Of a stretch of 64,000 nucleotides of DNA, positions 1 through 9,781 are shown in pieces. The notes under the pieces were generated by a model. It ran no database searches and had not been told where the DNA came from. It saw nothing but the letters and a program-made list of their open reading frames with translations. The stretch is from Thermoplasmata archaeon (lineage in GTDB: Archaea; Thermoplasmatota; Thermoplasmata; Lutacidiplasmatales; UBA184). Location: assembly GCA_049300255.1 (NCBI GenBank), contig JBAQJJ010000031.1, positions 20,647-84,646 of the forward strand. Direction: 5' to 3'. Numbering within the stretch: position 1 is the stretch's first letter; each line of letters begins with the position of its first letter. The position numbers and the translations under genes were made by a program.

Positions 1-1191
1 TTCTTTGCTAGCGGCCGTGGGGCCTACCTCGAGGACGTCGATGGTCGGAGGTATCTCGACCTGCTCAGTTCCTGGGGCGCGAATCTCCTGGGAAACGCTC
101 CGCCCGGAATCGTGGCAGCGGTGCGGCGGGCCGCAGACCGAGGACTCACGTTCGGCGCCCCCTCTCCGCTGGAACACGAATTAGCCGAGCCGCTCCAACG
201 AGCCGTCCCCGCGATGGAGCGACTCCGATTCGTGAGCTCTGGCACGGAGGCCGTCATGAGTGCCATTCGGGTCGCCCGCGGATTCACGCATCGAACGAAG
301 ATCGTGAAATTCGAAGGAGGATACCACGGACACTCGGACGGACTGCTGGCGCGCGCGGGTTCCGGAGTGGCAACTCACGCCCTGCCCGATTCCGAGGGGG
401 TTCCGGCGACCATCATCGGCGAGACCCTAGTCGGGCGGTACAACGACCCTGATGGACTCTCGGAGCTGTTCGAACGTCACGGACCTTCCATTGCCGGGGT
501 CGTGGTCGAGCCGGTCGCGGGTAACATGGGCGTCGTTCCGCCTCGCCCCGGATTCCTCGAATCGATCTCCGCGCTGGCACATCGACACGGCGCCCTGGTC
601 ATCGCTGACGAGGTGATCACCGGCTTCCGACTGCGACGCGGAACGGTCCACGAGACCCTCGGGCTCTCGGCCGACCTCGTAACCCTCGGAAAAGTGGTGG
701 GCGGCGGCATGCCGATCGGAGCCTACGGGGGCCGCCGCAAGATCATGGAATTGGTCGCCCCCGTCGGGCCGGTCTACCAGGCGGGAACCTTATCCGGTCA
801 CCCCCTCGCAATGGCCGCTGGCCGCGCGATGCTCGACCGGCTCACACCGGCGGTCTACCGAACCCTGGAGAGGAACGGAGTCGCGCTCGAGGCGATGCTC
901 GCACGACTCGCCGATGAGGAGCGAATTCGTGTGTTCACGCTGCAACGAGTGGGTTCGATGGTAGCGTTGTTCTTCGCGCCGGGTCCGATCGTCGACCTCC
1001 GTGGTGCGGAGAGGACGGACCGGGCTCAGTACGCGCGATTCTTTCACGCCGCCCTGGATCGCGGGGTCTATCTCCCGCCATCGGCGCTCGAGACCATGTT
1101 CGTCTCGGCCGCGATCCAACCGAGCGACCTCATCCGGGCCGAGGCGGCCTTCCGGGCTGGATTTCAATCCGCCCGCCGGAGATGGCGATGA
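1..1191 (+). CDS. hemL: glutamate-1-semialdehyde 2,1-aminomutase, 5' partial (frame open from position 1)
   Basis: Translation from position 1 reads FFASGRGAYLEDVDGRRYLDLLSSWGANLLGN, followed by ...SGTEAVMSAIRVARGFT... and GGYHG. These are typical HemL class-III aminotransferase motifs. Stop at 1191. Confidence 0.85.
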   Translation, partial: FFASGRGAYLEDVDGRRYLDLLSSWGANLLGNAPPGIVAAVRRAADRGLTFGAPSPLEHELAEPLQRAVPAMERLRFVSSGTEAVMSAIRVARGFTHRTKIVKFEGGYHGHSDGLLARAGSGVATHALPDSEGVPATIIGETLVGRYNDPDGLSELFERHGPSIAGVVVEPVAGNMGVVPPRPGFLESISALAHRHGALVIADEVITGFRLRRGTVHETLGLSADLVTLGKVVGGGMPIGAYGGRRKIMELVAPVGPVYQAGTLSGHPLAMAAGRAMLDRLTPAVYRTLERNGVALEAMLARLADEERIRVFTLQRVGSMVALFFAPGPIVDLRGAERTDRAQYARFFHAALDRGVYLPPSALETMFVSAAIQPSDLIRAEAAFRAGFQSARRRWR

Positions 1192-2228
1192 GGCGCGATC
1201 GCCTCCAGCGAGCGCTCCGCGGCGAAGAGACCGATACCACTCCGATCTGGCTCATGCGTCAGGCAGGTCGCCACCTGCCCGGCTACCGGAAGCTCCGGGA
1301 GGAGCATCCGATCCTCGAGATTGCCCGCGACCCGGAGCTCGCGGTTCAGGCCACTTTGGAGCCGGTTCACAGGTACGACGTCGACGCGGGTGTTGTCTTT
1401 GCCGATATCTCCCTCCCGTTCCTCGGCCTGGGAGTTCCCTTCTCGATCGATCCTGGTCGCGGGCCCGTCGTGTCGCACCCAATCCGTACGCGAGCGGACG
1501 TCGAGGCGCTGACTCCCTTCGACGCCCGCGCTTCCGTGCCGTTCGTGGGAGAAGCGATCCAGCGGTTCCTAGCCCTCGAATCGGAGCGGCCGATCATCGG
1601 GTTCGCCGGGGGTCCGTTCACGCTGGCGGCGTATCTGATCGAAGGAGGCGCTTCCCGGGAGTACGTCGAAACGAAGCGTCTGCTCTATTCGGATCCGGCG
1701 ACCTTCGATCGCCTCATCGAACGGCTCACCGAAATGACCGTCGACTATCTGCGCTTCCAAGCGGAGAGCGGGGCGGCCGTGCTACAAGTATTCGACACCT
1801 GGGCGGGTGCGGTCTCCTCAGGAGTCTTCGAGGCGCATCTCCTCGAGCCCTTGCAGGCGCTCTTCGAGGAGTTGCGCACCTTGAGTCGCCCGACGATCTA
1901 TTTCTCCACGGGCTCGTCCCATCTCCTCGAACTGCTGGCGGATACGGGGGCGAGCGCGTTGGGCGTCGACTGGCGGGAGCCGCTCGGCCGCGTGCGGAGC
2001 CGGATCGGTACCCACATGGCATTGCAGGGGAATCTCGACCCCGGTGCACTGCTCGGAACGAGCGAAATCCTACAGCGCGAGGCGGGTCGGGTCCTCGACC
2101 AGGTGCCGGAGGGCCGGGCTCACGTCTTCAATTTAGGCCATGGGGTCCTGCCAGAGACCGATCCGGACCGAGTGCGAGAATTGGTAGAGTACGTGCACGA
2201 GGTCGGAAGAGATCGGAGGAAACGATGA
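1182..2228 (+). CDS. hemE: uroporphyrinogen decarboxylase
   Basis: 348 aa starting MAMRRDRLQRALRGEETDTTPIWLMRQAGRHLPGYRKLREEH, the HemE N-terminal signature. Overlaps the hemL stop. Confidence 0.85.
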   Translation: MAMRRDRLQRALRGEETDTTPIWLMRQAGRHLPGYRKLREEHPILEIARDPELAVQATLEPVHRYDVDAGVVFADISLPFLGLGVPFSIDPGRGPVVSHPIRTRADVEALTPFDARASVPFVGEAIQRFLALESERPIIGFAGGPFTLAAYLIEGGASREYVETKRLLYSDPATFDRLIERLTEMTVDYLRFQAESGAAVLQVFDTWAGAVSSGVFEAHLLEPLQALFEELRTLSRPTIYFSTGSSHLLELLADTGASALGVDWREPLGRVRSRIGTHMALQGNLDPGALLGTSEILQREAGRVLDQVPEGRAHVFNLGHGVLPETDPDRVRELVEYVHEVGRDRRKR

Positions 2229-3277
2229 CGCTGACTCCGTCCCGAGCCGGCACGGCCGTCCTCTTGATGGGTTACGGCAGCCCGAACGGAGCCCATGACC
2301 TGCGAGAGTTCTTGGCCGACGTGTTGCACGGAGGACGCCCTTCGGAGGCGATGGTCGCGGAGTACGTCCGTCGATACGATCGGATCGGAGGCTCGCCGCA
2401 GAACCAGATCCTCGCTTCGCTGCGAACGAAGCTCGAGCGACGGCTCGACTCGGAGTGGCCCGGAGTTCGCGTGTTTCTGGGGGTCAAGCATGGACATCCC
2501 GCCCTGCGGGATGTCATCCCTGAGGCCGCTCGAGCGGGGTACCGCCACCTTGTCGCGGTGCCGCTCTCGCCGTATGCGTCCACATGGATCAGCGTCCCGT
2601 ACCAGGAGGGGGTCGCGGAAGGGATCCGGGCCGCGCCCGTCCCCATGGAAGTCGACGTCCGCCTCGGGTGGCATCTGGATCCCAACTGGATCGGTTATTG
2701 GAGCCACGCGATCCAGGAGGACCTCGCGCGGCAGGGAGATCCGCAAGGGGCGGTGTTGCTCTCCGCGCACAGTTTACCGCAGCGGATGCGCGACCAGGGC
2801 GACCCCTACCCCGAGATCCTCCACGAGACCTGCGACGCCATCGCGCGACACGCCCGGCTCGCGCGCTGGTCATTCACCTTTCAGAGCGCCGGGAACACGA
2901 CCGAATCTTGGCTCGGCCCGGACATCACCGAAGTGATGCTCGATTGGAAAAGGCAGGGAGCGCAACGTCAGCTCGTCGCGTCGTTCGGGTTCGTCTTTGA
3001 CCACCTCGAAGTCCTCTACGACCTCGATGTGGTGCTCCGCGAATTCGCCGAGGGTCACGGAATCGAGTACCGACGGGTGCCCATGCCCAACGATTCGGCG
3101 GCGGTCGTCGAGGCGTTGGCGGAGCGGATCCTCGGGCCTTCCCGGGGATCGCCCTCTCCCCGCGCTCGAAACGCCCGCCCTTCCTCCCATGCGTCGTCCG
3201 CGCCCGCCCGGCGAGACCCACGACCGAGGTCTTCTCCGAAGCAACCCGCCCGCCGGGCCCACGGACCGGGTAAGTGA
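2225..3277 (+). CDS. hemH: ferrochelatase
   Basis: In-frame ATG at 2225 inside the long 1001..3277 ORF. Reads MTLTPSRAGTAVLLMGYGSPNGAHDLREFLADVLHGGRP...LSAHSLPQRM, the ferrochelatase fold. The C-terminal tail is low-complexity. Confidence 0.75.
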   Translation: MTLTPSRAGTAVLLMGYGSPNGAHDLREFLADVLHGGRPSEAMVAEYVRRYDRIGGSPQNQILASLRTKLERRLDSEWPGVRVFLGVKHGHPALRDVIPEAARAGYRHLVAVPLSPYASTWISVPYQEGVAEGIRAAPVPMEVDVRLGWHLDPNWIGYWSHAIQEDLARQGDPQGAVLLSAHSLPQRMRDQGDPYPEILHETCDAIARHARLARWSFTFQSAGNTTESWLGPDITEVMLDWKRQGAQRQLVASFGFVFDHLEVLYDLDVVLREFAEGHGIEYRRVPMPNDSAAVVEALAERILGPSRGSPSPRARNARPSSHASSAPARRDPRPRSSPKQPARRAHGPGK

Positions 3278-3337
3278 CCCGACTGGTTGGGCTTGCGCCG
3301 TAGGAATTGACCGCGGCCGAAGGATTCCGAGGACCCG

Positions 3338-3913
3338 TTACGTTCCCTCGATGTAATTCTGAATCCGCGAGAGGTTGACGCTCGGTTCCTCGAGACCATC
3401 GACCGTCAGGATCGGTTCGTCCCACGCGATATATTCCCGTTCGACCACCTCTTGCCAGGTTGGCTTCGGCAAAGGAGGCGTCGGCGGCTCTCGCGATTCC
3501 ACCCGGCGACGGTGCTCGGCGCGGTCCGAGCAGGTGACTTCGACCACGTAGCGCCGGGCGTGCTCTTCGGCGGCCAGCTCCCGCCACATCTGGCGGGCGG
3601 GTTCGACCCCGTTGACCGCGTCCACAATCGCATCGTGGCGCAGCTGGAGGTGGTCCCGGGCAATGTCACACGCCGCGACATAGGCGGCCAGGCCCGTCTC
3701 GAAGGATTGTTGGATTCCGGCTTTCAGGAGGGAGGCTTCGATCGTATCGACCCGAAGCCAAATCGCGTCCAGTCTTTCGGCCAAGAGGCGCGCCAACGTG
3801 GATTTTCCGGTTCCCGGAAGTCCCGCGAAAATGACGAGCTTCGGCGATGCGGACCGATCGGAAGATCGACGGTTCAAGGGACGCTCGCCGTCGGCAAGGG
3901 CTCGTTCGCTCAT
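3338..3913 (-). CDS. P-loop NTPase / predicted kinase (AAA_33-like)
   Basis: Internal start MSERALADG. Walker A motif GLPGTGKSTLARLL. The upstream 178 codons of the track ORF are Arg-rich low-complexity and overlap nothing conserved. Confidence 0.55.
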   Translation of the reverse strand: MSERALADGERPLNRRSSDRSASPKLVIFAGLPGTGKSTLARLLAERLDAIWLRVDTIEASLLKAGIQQSFETGLAAYVAACDIARDHLQLRHDAIVDAVNGVEPARQMWRELAAEEHARRYVVEVTCSDRAEHRRRVESREPPTPPLPKPTWQEVVEREYIAWDEPILTVDGLEEPSVNLSRIQNYIEGT

Positions 3914-4027
3914 AATCCATCCGAATCCGGTCGGCGAGCCTTCCTGATATCGGGCACATCGGACGGCCCGTCCCGGGGTGCGCACTTTTATCGGTGACCT
4001 CCTCTCCCATCGGCGAGGATCCCGAGA

Positions 4028-4318
4028 ATGCAGGCATCGACCGTTCGTTTGCCGAGCTGGTACCGTGCCCTGACCGCCGTGGTCGGACTGATCGCGATCG
4101 CGTTGGCGTTCGTGCTTCTCGCCTATCCGGGCATCGCTCTGCTCACGTTGGTCTTCCTGCTCGCGTTCGCGCTTCTCGTCATTGGGATCGACCGCCTCAT
4201 CGCGGGCATCACGGGACATCCGTTTGGATGGATGCCCGGGGCGGCCGGAGGATGGATGGGCGGGCCTGCGTCGGGAAAGCCCTCCGACACCGATCAAACG
4301 CCACCCTCGCACCCGTAG
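4028..4318 (+). CDS. small membrane protein (HdeD/DUF308-like, 2-3 TM)
   Basis: 96 aa with hydrophobic repeats LTAVVGLIAIALAFVLLAYPGIALLTLVFLLAFALLVIGI. Confidence 0.4.
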   Translation: MQASTVRLPSWYRALTAVVGLIAIALAFVLLAYPGIALLTLVFLLAFALLVIGIDRLIAGITGHPFGWMPGAAGGWMGGPASGKPSDTDQTPPSHP

Positions 4319-4380
4319 CCGATCGGATCCTTTACCCCCGATCTTTGGTGTCAGGTACCCCGCCCTCGAGCAAAGTACCC

Positions 4381-5079
4381 ATGCCTTCCTCCGACGTTTC
4401 GGCGCGTCGCGATCGCGAGCCGCTCCCCCGTCCCAGCGCCGTCGCATTGGCGTTGACGGTCGTACTGATCGGCGTCTACGTTGTGTTGGACATCATAGTG
4501 CAGTTGCTGCCGCCCCACTATAGTGCGATCACCCAGGCGGAGAGCGACCTGGCGGTAGGCCCGTACGGGTTTGTGATGACGGCCAACTTCGTCGTGCGCG
4601 GGATATTGTCGCTAACCTTCGTCTACGGACTGACGAAAGCCACTGCGCTCGGCCGCCGAACCCCTCTGGGGGTAGGGCTTCTCGCAACTTGGGGCGTGGG
4701 GGCTTTCATTCTGGCTGCCTCGCCTACCGACGTAGGAAGCGGTTCACCCACGCTGCATGGATTGATCCATCTGGTCGTGGCGGCAATCGCATTCCTCGCG
4801 GGCGCGATCGGGGAGCTCCTGTTGTCGCGAAACTTTCGGACGGAAGGGAGGCTGGCTGCGTTCTATGACCCTGCGTTGCTCCTCGCGGTCATTGCGACGA
4901 TCGTGTGCCTGGTCACGTTTGCGGCGACCGGTGCCCCTCGCTTCGTCCTCGGCGCCTACGGGCTGGTCGAACGGATCTTCCTTGGACTCATCCTCCTCTG
5001 GATGCTGCTGGTCGCCCTATTCCTCCTGCGCGAGAACCCACAGCCGGCACCTGGCGACCATCGGACGACCCGTGCCTAG
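4381..5079 (+). CDS. DUF998-family polytopic membrane protein
   Basis: In-frame ATG at 4381 (MPSSDVSARR...). At least 6 hydrophobic segments. The N-terminal part of the track ORF 3994.. is low-complexity. Confidence 0.5.
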   Translation: MPSSDVSARRDREPLPRPSAVALALTVVLIGVYVVLDIIVQLLPPHYSAITQAESDLAVGPYGFVMTANFVVRGILSLTFVYGLTKATALGRRTPLGVGLLATWGVGAFILAASPTDVGSGSPTLHGLIHLVVAAIAFLAGAIGELLLSRNFRTEGRLAAFYDPALLLAVIATIVCLVTFAATGAPRFVLGAYGLVERIFLGLILLWMLLVALFLLRENPQPAPGDHRTTRA

Positions 5080-5187
5080 CCACACGGGGCGAAGTCGAGT
5101 AACCGCTTGACGCGGGCCGTCGATCATCCCCTGGTCTCTGACAAGATTCTTGAACGGCTGCGCCTACCGAGGTCCGGTACGTTCTCC

Positions 5188-8115
5188 ATGGTCCAGATCA
5201 CAGTGGATGGTCAGCCGATCGAGAGTGACGCCTCAGCGACCATCCTCGAAACCCTGAATCGCATCGGAGTGGAAATCCCCCAGATTTGCTTTCACCCCGG
5301 GCTCGGGGCTCTGCAAACCTGTGAAACATGCCTCGTGGAGGCCGACGATCGTCTCGTCCGCGCCTGTGCGACGCCGCTCAAGGAGGGCCTGCGCATCACG
5401 ACCTCCTCGGACAGGGGGCGGGCCGCGCGCCGGGTCGCCCTCGATCGGGTGCTCCGGGATCATCAGCTCGTTTGCACGGTTTGCGACAAGAATGGGAATT
5501 GTGTCCTCCACTCAACGGTGCTCAAGGAGCGGATCCCGACCCAAGCGTTCCGGCCCAAGCCGTACCCGGCCGACACTTCCAACCCGTTCTACGTCTACGA
5601 ACCAAGTCACTGCATCCTCTGCGGCCGGTGCGTGGAGGCGTGCCAAGATGTCGTCGTCAACGAGGTCATCACCATCGACTGGAAGCGCAATCCTCCGAAG
5701 GTCGTTTGGGACCATGACGCGCAAATCAATCGCTCCTCTTGCGTCTCGTGCGGTGCCTGCGTCTCGGTGTGTCCGGTGGACGCCCTGATGCCCAAATCGA
5801 TGCTCGGAGAGGCGGGCTTCTTCACCGGGCTCGCGCAATCGACCAAAGATCAGTTCACGCAGACGGTGAAGGAGCTCGAACCGGCGATGGGGGGTTTGCT
5901 CCCCATCCTCGCCGCGAGCGAGGTCGAGGCGCAGCTGCGGAGCTCATTGGTCCGCAAGACGAAGACCGTGTGTGCCTTCTGTGGCGTCGGCTGCTCCTTC
6001 GATGTCTGGACCCGGGGTCGGAAGATCCTCCAGATCCAACCGCGGGCCGAATCGCCGGCCAATGGGATCGCCACCTGCCTCAAAGGAAAGTTCGGGTGGG
6101 ATTTCGTGAACAGCCCCGATCGCCTTACCACCCCGCTCATCCGCCGGGGCGAGCGATTTGACCCGGTGAGCTGGCCCGAGGCGATCCGATACATTGCCGA
6201 CCGGATCCAACAGATCCGGGCCGCGGACGGACCGAACGCGATCGGGCTTCTCGCGAATTGCACGGGGAGCAACGAGGAGGCCTACCTGCTGCAGAAACTG
6301 GCCCGCGGCGTCATCGGGACGCACAACATCGATAATTGCGCACGCTACTGCCAAGCTCCGGCGACCACCGGTTTACTCCGGACGGTGGGAATCGGGGCGG
6401 ACGCCGGTTCCTTCGACGACATCGCGGGGGCCGACCTCGTCATGACGGTCGGCTCGAATACGGCCGAGTCCCACCCCGTGCTTGCGGGGAAGATCAAGCG
6501 GGCCCAGAAGCTCCACGGCCAGAAGTTGATCGTCCTCGACCTCCGCATGACGCCGATGGCGCGTCGCGCAAATCTCTTCGTACGCCCGAAGCCCGGAACC
6601 GACCTGGTCTTTCTCAACGCGGTCGCGCGTTACATCCTGGCGCAGGGATGGGAGGCAAAATCGTTCATCGAAGCGCGCACGGTCAAGATTGACGAGTATC
6701 GGGCCGCGATCGAGCCCTTCACGCTCGAGAAGGCCGCGGAGCTGACCGGCGTACCCGCTGAGCAGATCGTGCGGACCGCCACGATGATCCACGAGGCCAG
6801 CAGCGTCTGCATCCTGTGGGCGATGGGCGTGACGCAACACCAACCCGGGAGCGAAACCTCGACCGCGATCTCCGACTTACTGCTCGTGACCGGGAATTTT
6901 GGCCGCCCGCATTGTGGCGGCTATCCGTTACGCGGGCACGCCAACGTGCAAGGAGCGAGCGACTTTGGCGCATTACCGACGTTCTGGCCCGGCTACGAGC
7001 CATGGGACGATCCCGCTGTTCGCTCGCGGTACGCCACGGCGTGGGGGGTTCCGATTCCCACCACGAAGGGCCTCACCAGCACCGAGATGGTCGATGCGAT
7101 TCGTGCGGGGTCGCTCAAAGGGATGCTGATCTTCGGCGAGGACAAGGTTCTCGCCGACTCCCATCACGCCGACGTCGCGGCGGCACTCGAGAAGCTCGAA
7201 CTGCTGGTGGTCTGCGAACTGTTCCCCACGGAGACGACCCGGTACGCCGATGTGATCCTGCCGGCCGCCAGCAGCCTCGAGAAGGAAGGGACCTTCGTCA
7301 ACACCGAACGACGGATCCAACGATTCCACCCCGCGCTCCCCCCCCTCGGGGAATGCCGAACGGAGCTGAGGATCATTCAGGACCTCGCCCGCGCGCTGGG
7401 CGCCGCCTGGGAGTATCGAAGCTCGGAGGAGGTCATGCGGGAGGTCGCTGCCTTAGTTCCGTATTTTGCGGGGGTCCGCTACGACCGGCTCGAGGGGTAT
7501 CAGAGCCAGCGGTGGCCGGTCGCTGCCGACGGAACCGAATCTCCCTACCTCTACGCCGACCGTTTCCAATTTCCCGATGGAAAGGCGCGCTTCTACCCGC
7601 CCAAGTGGATCCCGCCCCTCGCCTCGGATGCCGAGTTCGACCTCTATCTGAACAACGGGCGCATGCTCGAGCACTTTCACTGGGCCAACTTGACCTCCCG
7701 CAACGAAGGGATCATGTCCAAGGTCCCGGAAATGTACATCGAGGTCGCACCGGCATTGGCCCAGGAGCGCGGACTGCGCGACGGGGACTCGGTGCGCCTC
7801 CGTTCCACATCGGGCGCGATCCGCGCGCGCGTCGTGGTCACCGATCGGGTCCAGGGGAAAGTGATGTGGCTCGGGATCCACGACCGCGGCGAGAACGCGG
7901 TGAATCGATTGACGCGCAGCGAGCGCGACCCCACGACCAAGACGGGGGCGTACAAGGAACTCCCCGTCGCGATGGAGAAAATCCCCTCGGACGACGAGTC
8001 ACCCGCGAGCCCGCTGTCACTCAGCAATCCCCGTCGGTATGAGGGCGTACCGCAACAGGGCGTTCGGGTGGAGGAGAAGTGGAAACGCCCGGAATACGCC
8101 CCGCTGGTCGAGTAA
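5188..8115 (+). CDS. fdhA: formate dehydrogenase alpha subunit (molybdopterin oxidoreductase) with N-terminal 2Fe-2S and 4Fe-4S ferredoxin domains
   Basis: Start MVQITVDGQPI. Cys clusters CETCLVEA, CILCGRCVEACQ, CVSCGACVSVCP and CAFCGVGCSF, then the MopB catalytic domain and a C-terminal molybdopterin dinucleotide-binding region. The track ORF begins at TTG 5107. Confidence 0.85.
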   Translation: MVQITVDGQPIESDASATILETLNRIGVEIPQICFHPGLGALQTCETCLVEADDRLVRACATPLKEGLRITTSSDRGRAARRVALDRVLRDHQLVCTVCDKNGNCVLHSTVLKERIPTQAFRPKPYPADTSNPFYVYEPSHCILCGRCVEACQDVVVNEVITIDWKRNPPKVVWDHDAQINRSSCVSCGACVSVCPVDALMPKSMLGEAGFFTGLAQSTKDQFTQTVKELEPAMGGLLPILAASEVEAQLRSSLVRKTKTVCAFCGVGCSFDVWTRGRKILQIQPRAESPANGIATCLKGKFGWDFVNSPDRLTTPLIRRGERFDPVSWPEAIRYIADRIQQIRAADGPNAIGLLANCTGSNEEAYLLQKLARGVIGTHNIDNCARYCQAPATTGLLRTVGIGADAGSFDDIAGADLVMTVGSNTAESHPVLAGKIKRAQKLHGQKLIVLDLRMTPMARRANLFVRPKPGTDLVFLNAVARYILAQGWEAKSFIEARTVKIDEYRAAIEPFTLEKAAELTGVPAEQIVRTATMIHEASSVCILWAMGVTQHQPGSETSTAISDLLLVTGNFGRPHCGGYPLRGHANVQGASDFGALPTFWPGYEPWDDPAVRSRYATAWGVPIPTTKGLTSTEMVDAIRAGSLKGMLIFGEDKVLADSHHADVAAALEKLELLVVCELFPTETTRYADVILPAASSLEKEGTFVNTERRIQRFHPALPPLGECRTELRIIQDLARALGAAWEYRSSEEVMREVAALVPYFAGVRYDRLEGYQSQRWPVAADGTESPYLYADRFQFPDGKARFYPPKWIPPLASDAEFDLYLNNGRMLEHFHWANLTSRNEGIMSKVPEMYIEVAPALAQERGLRDGDSVRLRSTSGAIRARVVVTDRVQGKVMWLGIHDRGENAVNRLTRSERDPTTKTGAYKELPVAMEKIPSDDESPASPLSLSNPRRYEGVPQQGVRVEEKWKRPEYAPLVE

Positions 8116-8117
8116 CC

Positions 8118-8606
8118 ATGGCGAAGGCGCTCCCGCCTGCGATCCCTCGATCCTTGGGCCTCGATCTGGACGATGCCGACGCCCTTACCCCCGAGCTCCA
8201 GCGCGAGCTCGTCCGGCTGGCCCGCGGACTTCACGAGAGCGGCGCGCTCGCCTTCTTGGTTGCGCTCGCCGAGGGTTCGGGAACGGTCACGACCGAAATG
8301 GCCGAATGGATTCGTCTTCCGGGGAATCAGAGGATGCTCCAGAATCTCGGCGCGATCTACAGCTTACTGCAGCAGATCGATACAGAAGTGCTGATGACGG
8401 TCGCCCACGCGCTCCAGGAGGGTTTGGTGGAGGCTGGTCGCGCCCGCCGGTCCGGGCGGGTGGCACCGGCGCCGAAGCTCCCGTCGCTGTGGCGCGAGGC
8501 AAGCGACCCGGACGTGCGACGAGGTCTTCTGATCGTCTTCGGATTTCTGCGCGGGGTGGGTCGCGCGCAGTCCCTCGACTCGCCGCAACCGCGCCGGCCG
8601 AGCTAG
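8118..8606 (+). CDS. DUF1641 domain protein (FdhA-associated)
   Basis: Internal ATG MAKALPPAIP. Conserved position immediately downstream of an FdhF-like gene, as in the Bacillus yrhD/yrhE arrangement. Confidence 0.55.
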   Translation: MAKALPPAIPRSLGLDLDDADALTPELQRELVRLARGLHESGALAFLVALAEGSGTVTTEMAEWIRLPGNQRMLQNLGAIYSLLQQIDTEVLMTVAHALQEGLVEAGRARRSGRVAPAPKLPSLWREASDPDVRRGLLIVFGFLRGVGRAQSLDSPQPRRPS

Positions 8607-9448
8607 ACCGCCAGTCGTTGCGGACCGGCGTAGACATTGTAGCGACCTTCCCGAAGGAACCCGACAAGGGTCATGCCTTGATCACGGGCTAGCTCCACGG
8701 CGAGCGAGCTCGGAGCTCCAATCGCCGCGAGGAAGGGGATGCCGGCCACCGCCGCCTTCTGCACAAGTTCGAAGCTGGCACGGCCGCTCACGAGGAGCAC
8801 GGTATCGGAGGCGGGAAGTCGCCCGGCCAAAAGCTGTTGGCCGACCACCTTGTCGAGGGCATTGTGGCGCCCCACATCCTCGCGCAGCACGAGGAGCTCC
8901 CCGGCAGGGTCGAACAGCGCCGAAGCATGGAGCCCCCCCGTGCGGTCGAATAATTTCTGATCGCGCAGTGCACGCTCCGGAAGCGATTCCAACAGCGCCG
9001 AGGCAAGGCGGAACCGCCCGACCGGCGCCCGGCTCACGACCGTGCGGACGTGCTCGAGGGTCGCTTTACCGCAAATCCCGCAACTTGAACTGGTGAACAC
9101 GTTGCGCCGGAACCGGTCGAAGTCGACGGGAACTCCGCGCCGCAGATGGACGTTCACTTGATTGAACTGCTGGGGGTGAGCCGGGTCGGTACAGTAGGCG
9201 ATCTGCGCGATCTCCTCGCGCTCACGGAGGAGCCCTTCCGACAGCAAAAATCCCGCCGCCAATTCGAAATCGTGACCCGGCGTGCGCATCGTTACGGCGA
9301 TCGCTCGGGGCTCACCCGCATCGGGCACAACCACTCGAATCTCGAGGGGTTCTTCGGCGGCGACCTCATCGTTCCGTTCGAGCAATCGGGCCGCGCGGAC
9401 CTCGCCGACCCGGATACGAGTTGAAGACCCTCCTCGGGATGCGCTCAT
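8603..9448 (-). CDS. fdhD: formate dehydrogenase accessory sulfurtransferase FdhD
   Basis: 281 aa with ...FTSSSCGICGKA... and a C-terminal GAPSSLAVELARDQGMTLVGF, both FdhD hallmarks. 4-nt overlap with DUF1641. Confidence 0.8.
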   Translation of the reverse strand: MSASRGGSSTRIRVGEVRAARLLERNDEVAAEEPLEIRVVVPDAGEPRAIAVTMRTPGHDFELAAGFLLSEGLLREREEIAQIAYCTDPAHPQQFNQVNVHLRRGVPVDFDRFRRNVFTSSSCGICGKATLEHVRTVVSRAPVGRFRLASALLESLPERALRDQKLFDRTGGLHASALFDPAGELLVLREDVGRHNALDKVVGQQLLAGRLPASDTVLLVSGRASFELVQKAAVAGIPFLAAIGAPSSLAVELARDQGMTLVGFLREGRYNVYAGPQRLAV

Positions 9449-9511
9449 TTCGCCGCCCCGGCTACTTCGCTCGGGCGTAAATAGGACCCGGGCCGCGTGC
9501 GTCGTTCTCGC

Positions 9512-9781
9512 TTAACGAGATGCCCGGCGAGTCCGTTCCGTCGCGATGGCCGATCCAAGCGCAACGAACTGTGGTCCCGGATGCGCTGCCTCCGTCGGCC
9601 CGACGTGATACTTCTCCAGGAAGTATCGGACCCCTTTCCGCAGGATGGCTTCGTACTCGTCCTGGGCTTCGGCCAACAGTGCGGCGGGGGCGCAAGTAAG
9701 ATGGTAGCTTTGCGGGCCCGATCGGATCGCGGGCCGTGGATCGGAGCCGATCACCGCGCCGCAGTCCGCGCAATTCGTCAT
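9512..9781 (-). CDS. small Cys-containing hypothetical protein (possible Zn-binding)
   Basis: Internal ATG MTNCADCGAVIG...YHLTC. The upstream 62 codons are Arg/Ala low-complexity and overlap the mobA tail. Confidence 0.25.
   Translation of the reverse strand: MTNCADCGAVIGSDPRPAIRSGPQSYHLTCAPAALLAEAQDEYEAILRKGVRYFLEKYHVGPTEAAHPGPQFVALGSAIATERTRRASR

Noticed and set aside
1001-3277. 758-aa ORF spanning the end of hemL, all of hemE (other frame) and hemH
   Set aside because: Only the last 351 codons (from ATG 2225) match ferrochelatase. The upstream part is Arg/Pro-rich read-through typical of high-GC off-frame ORFs.
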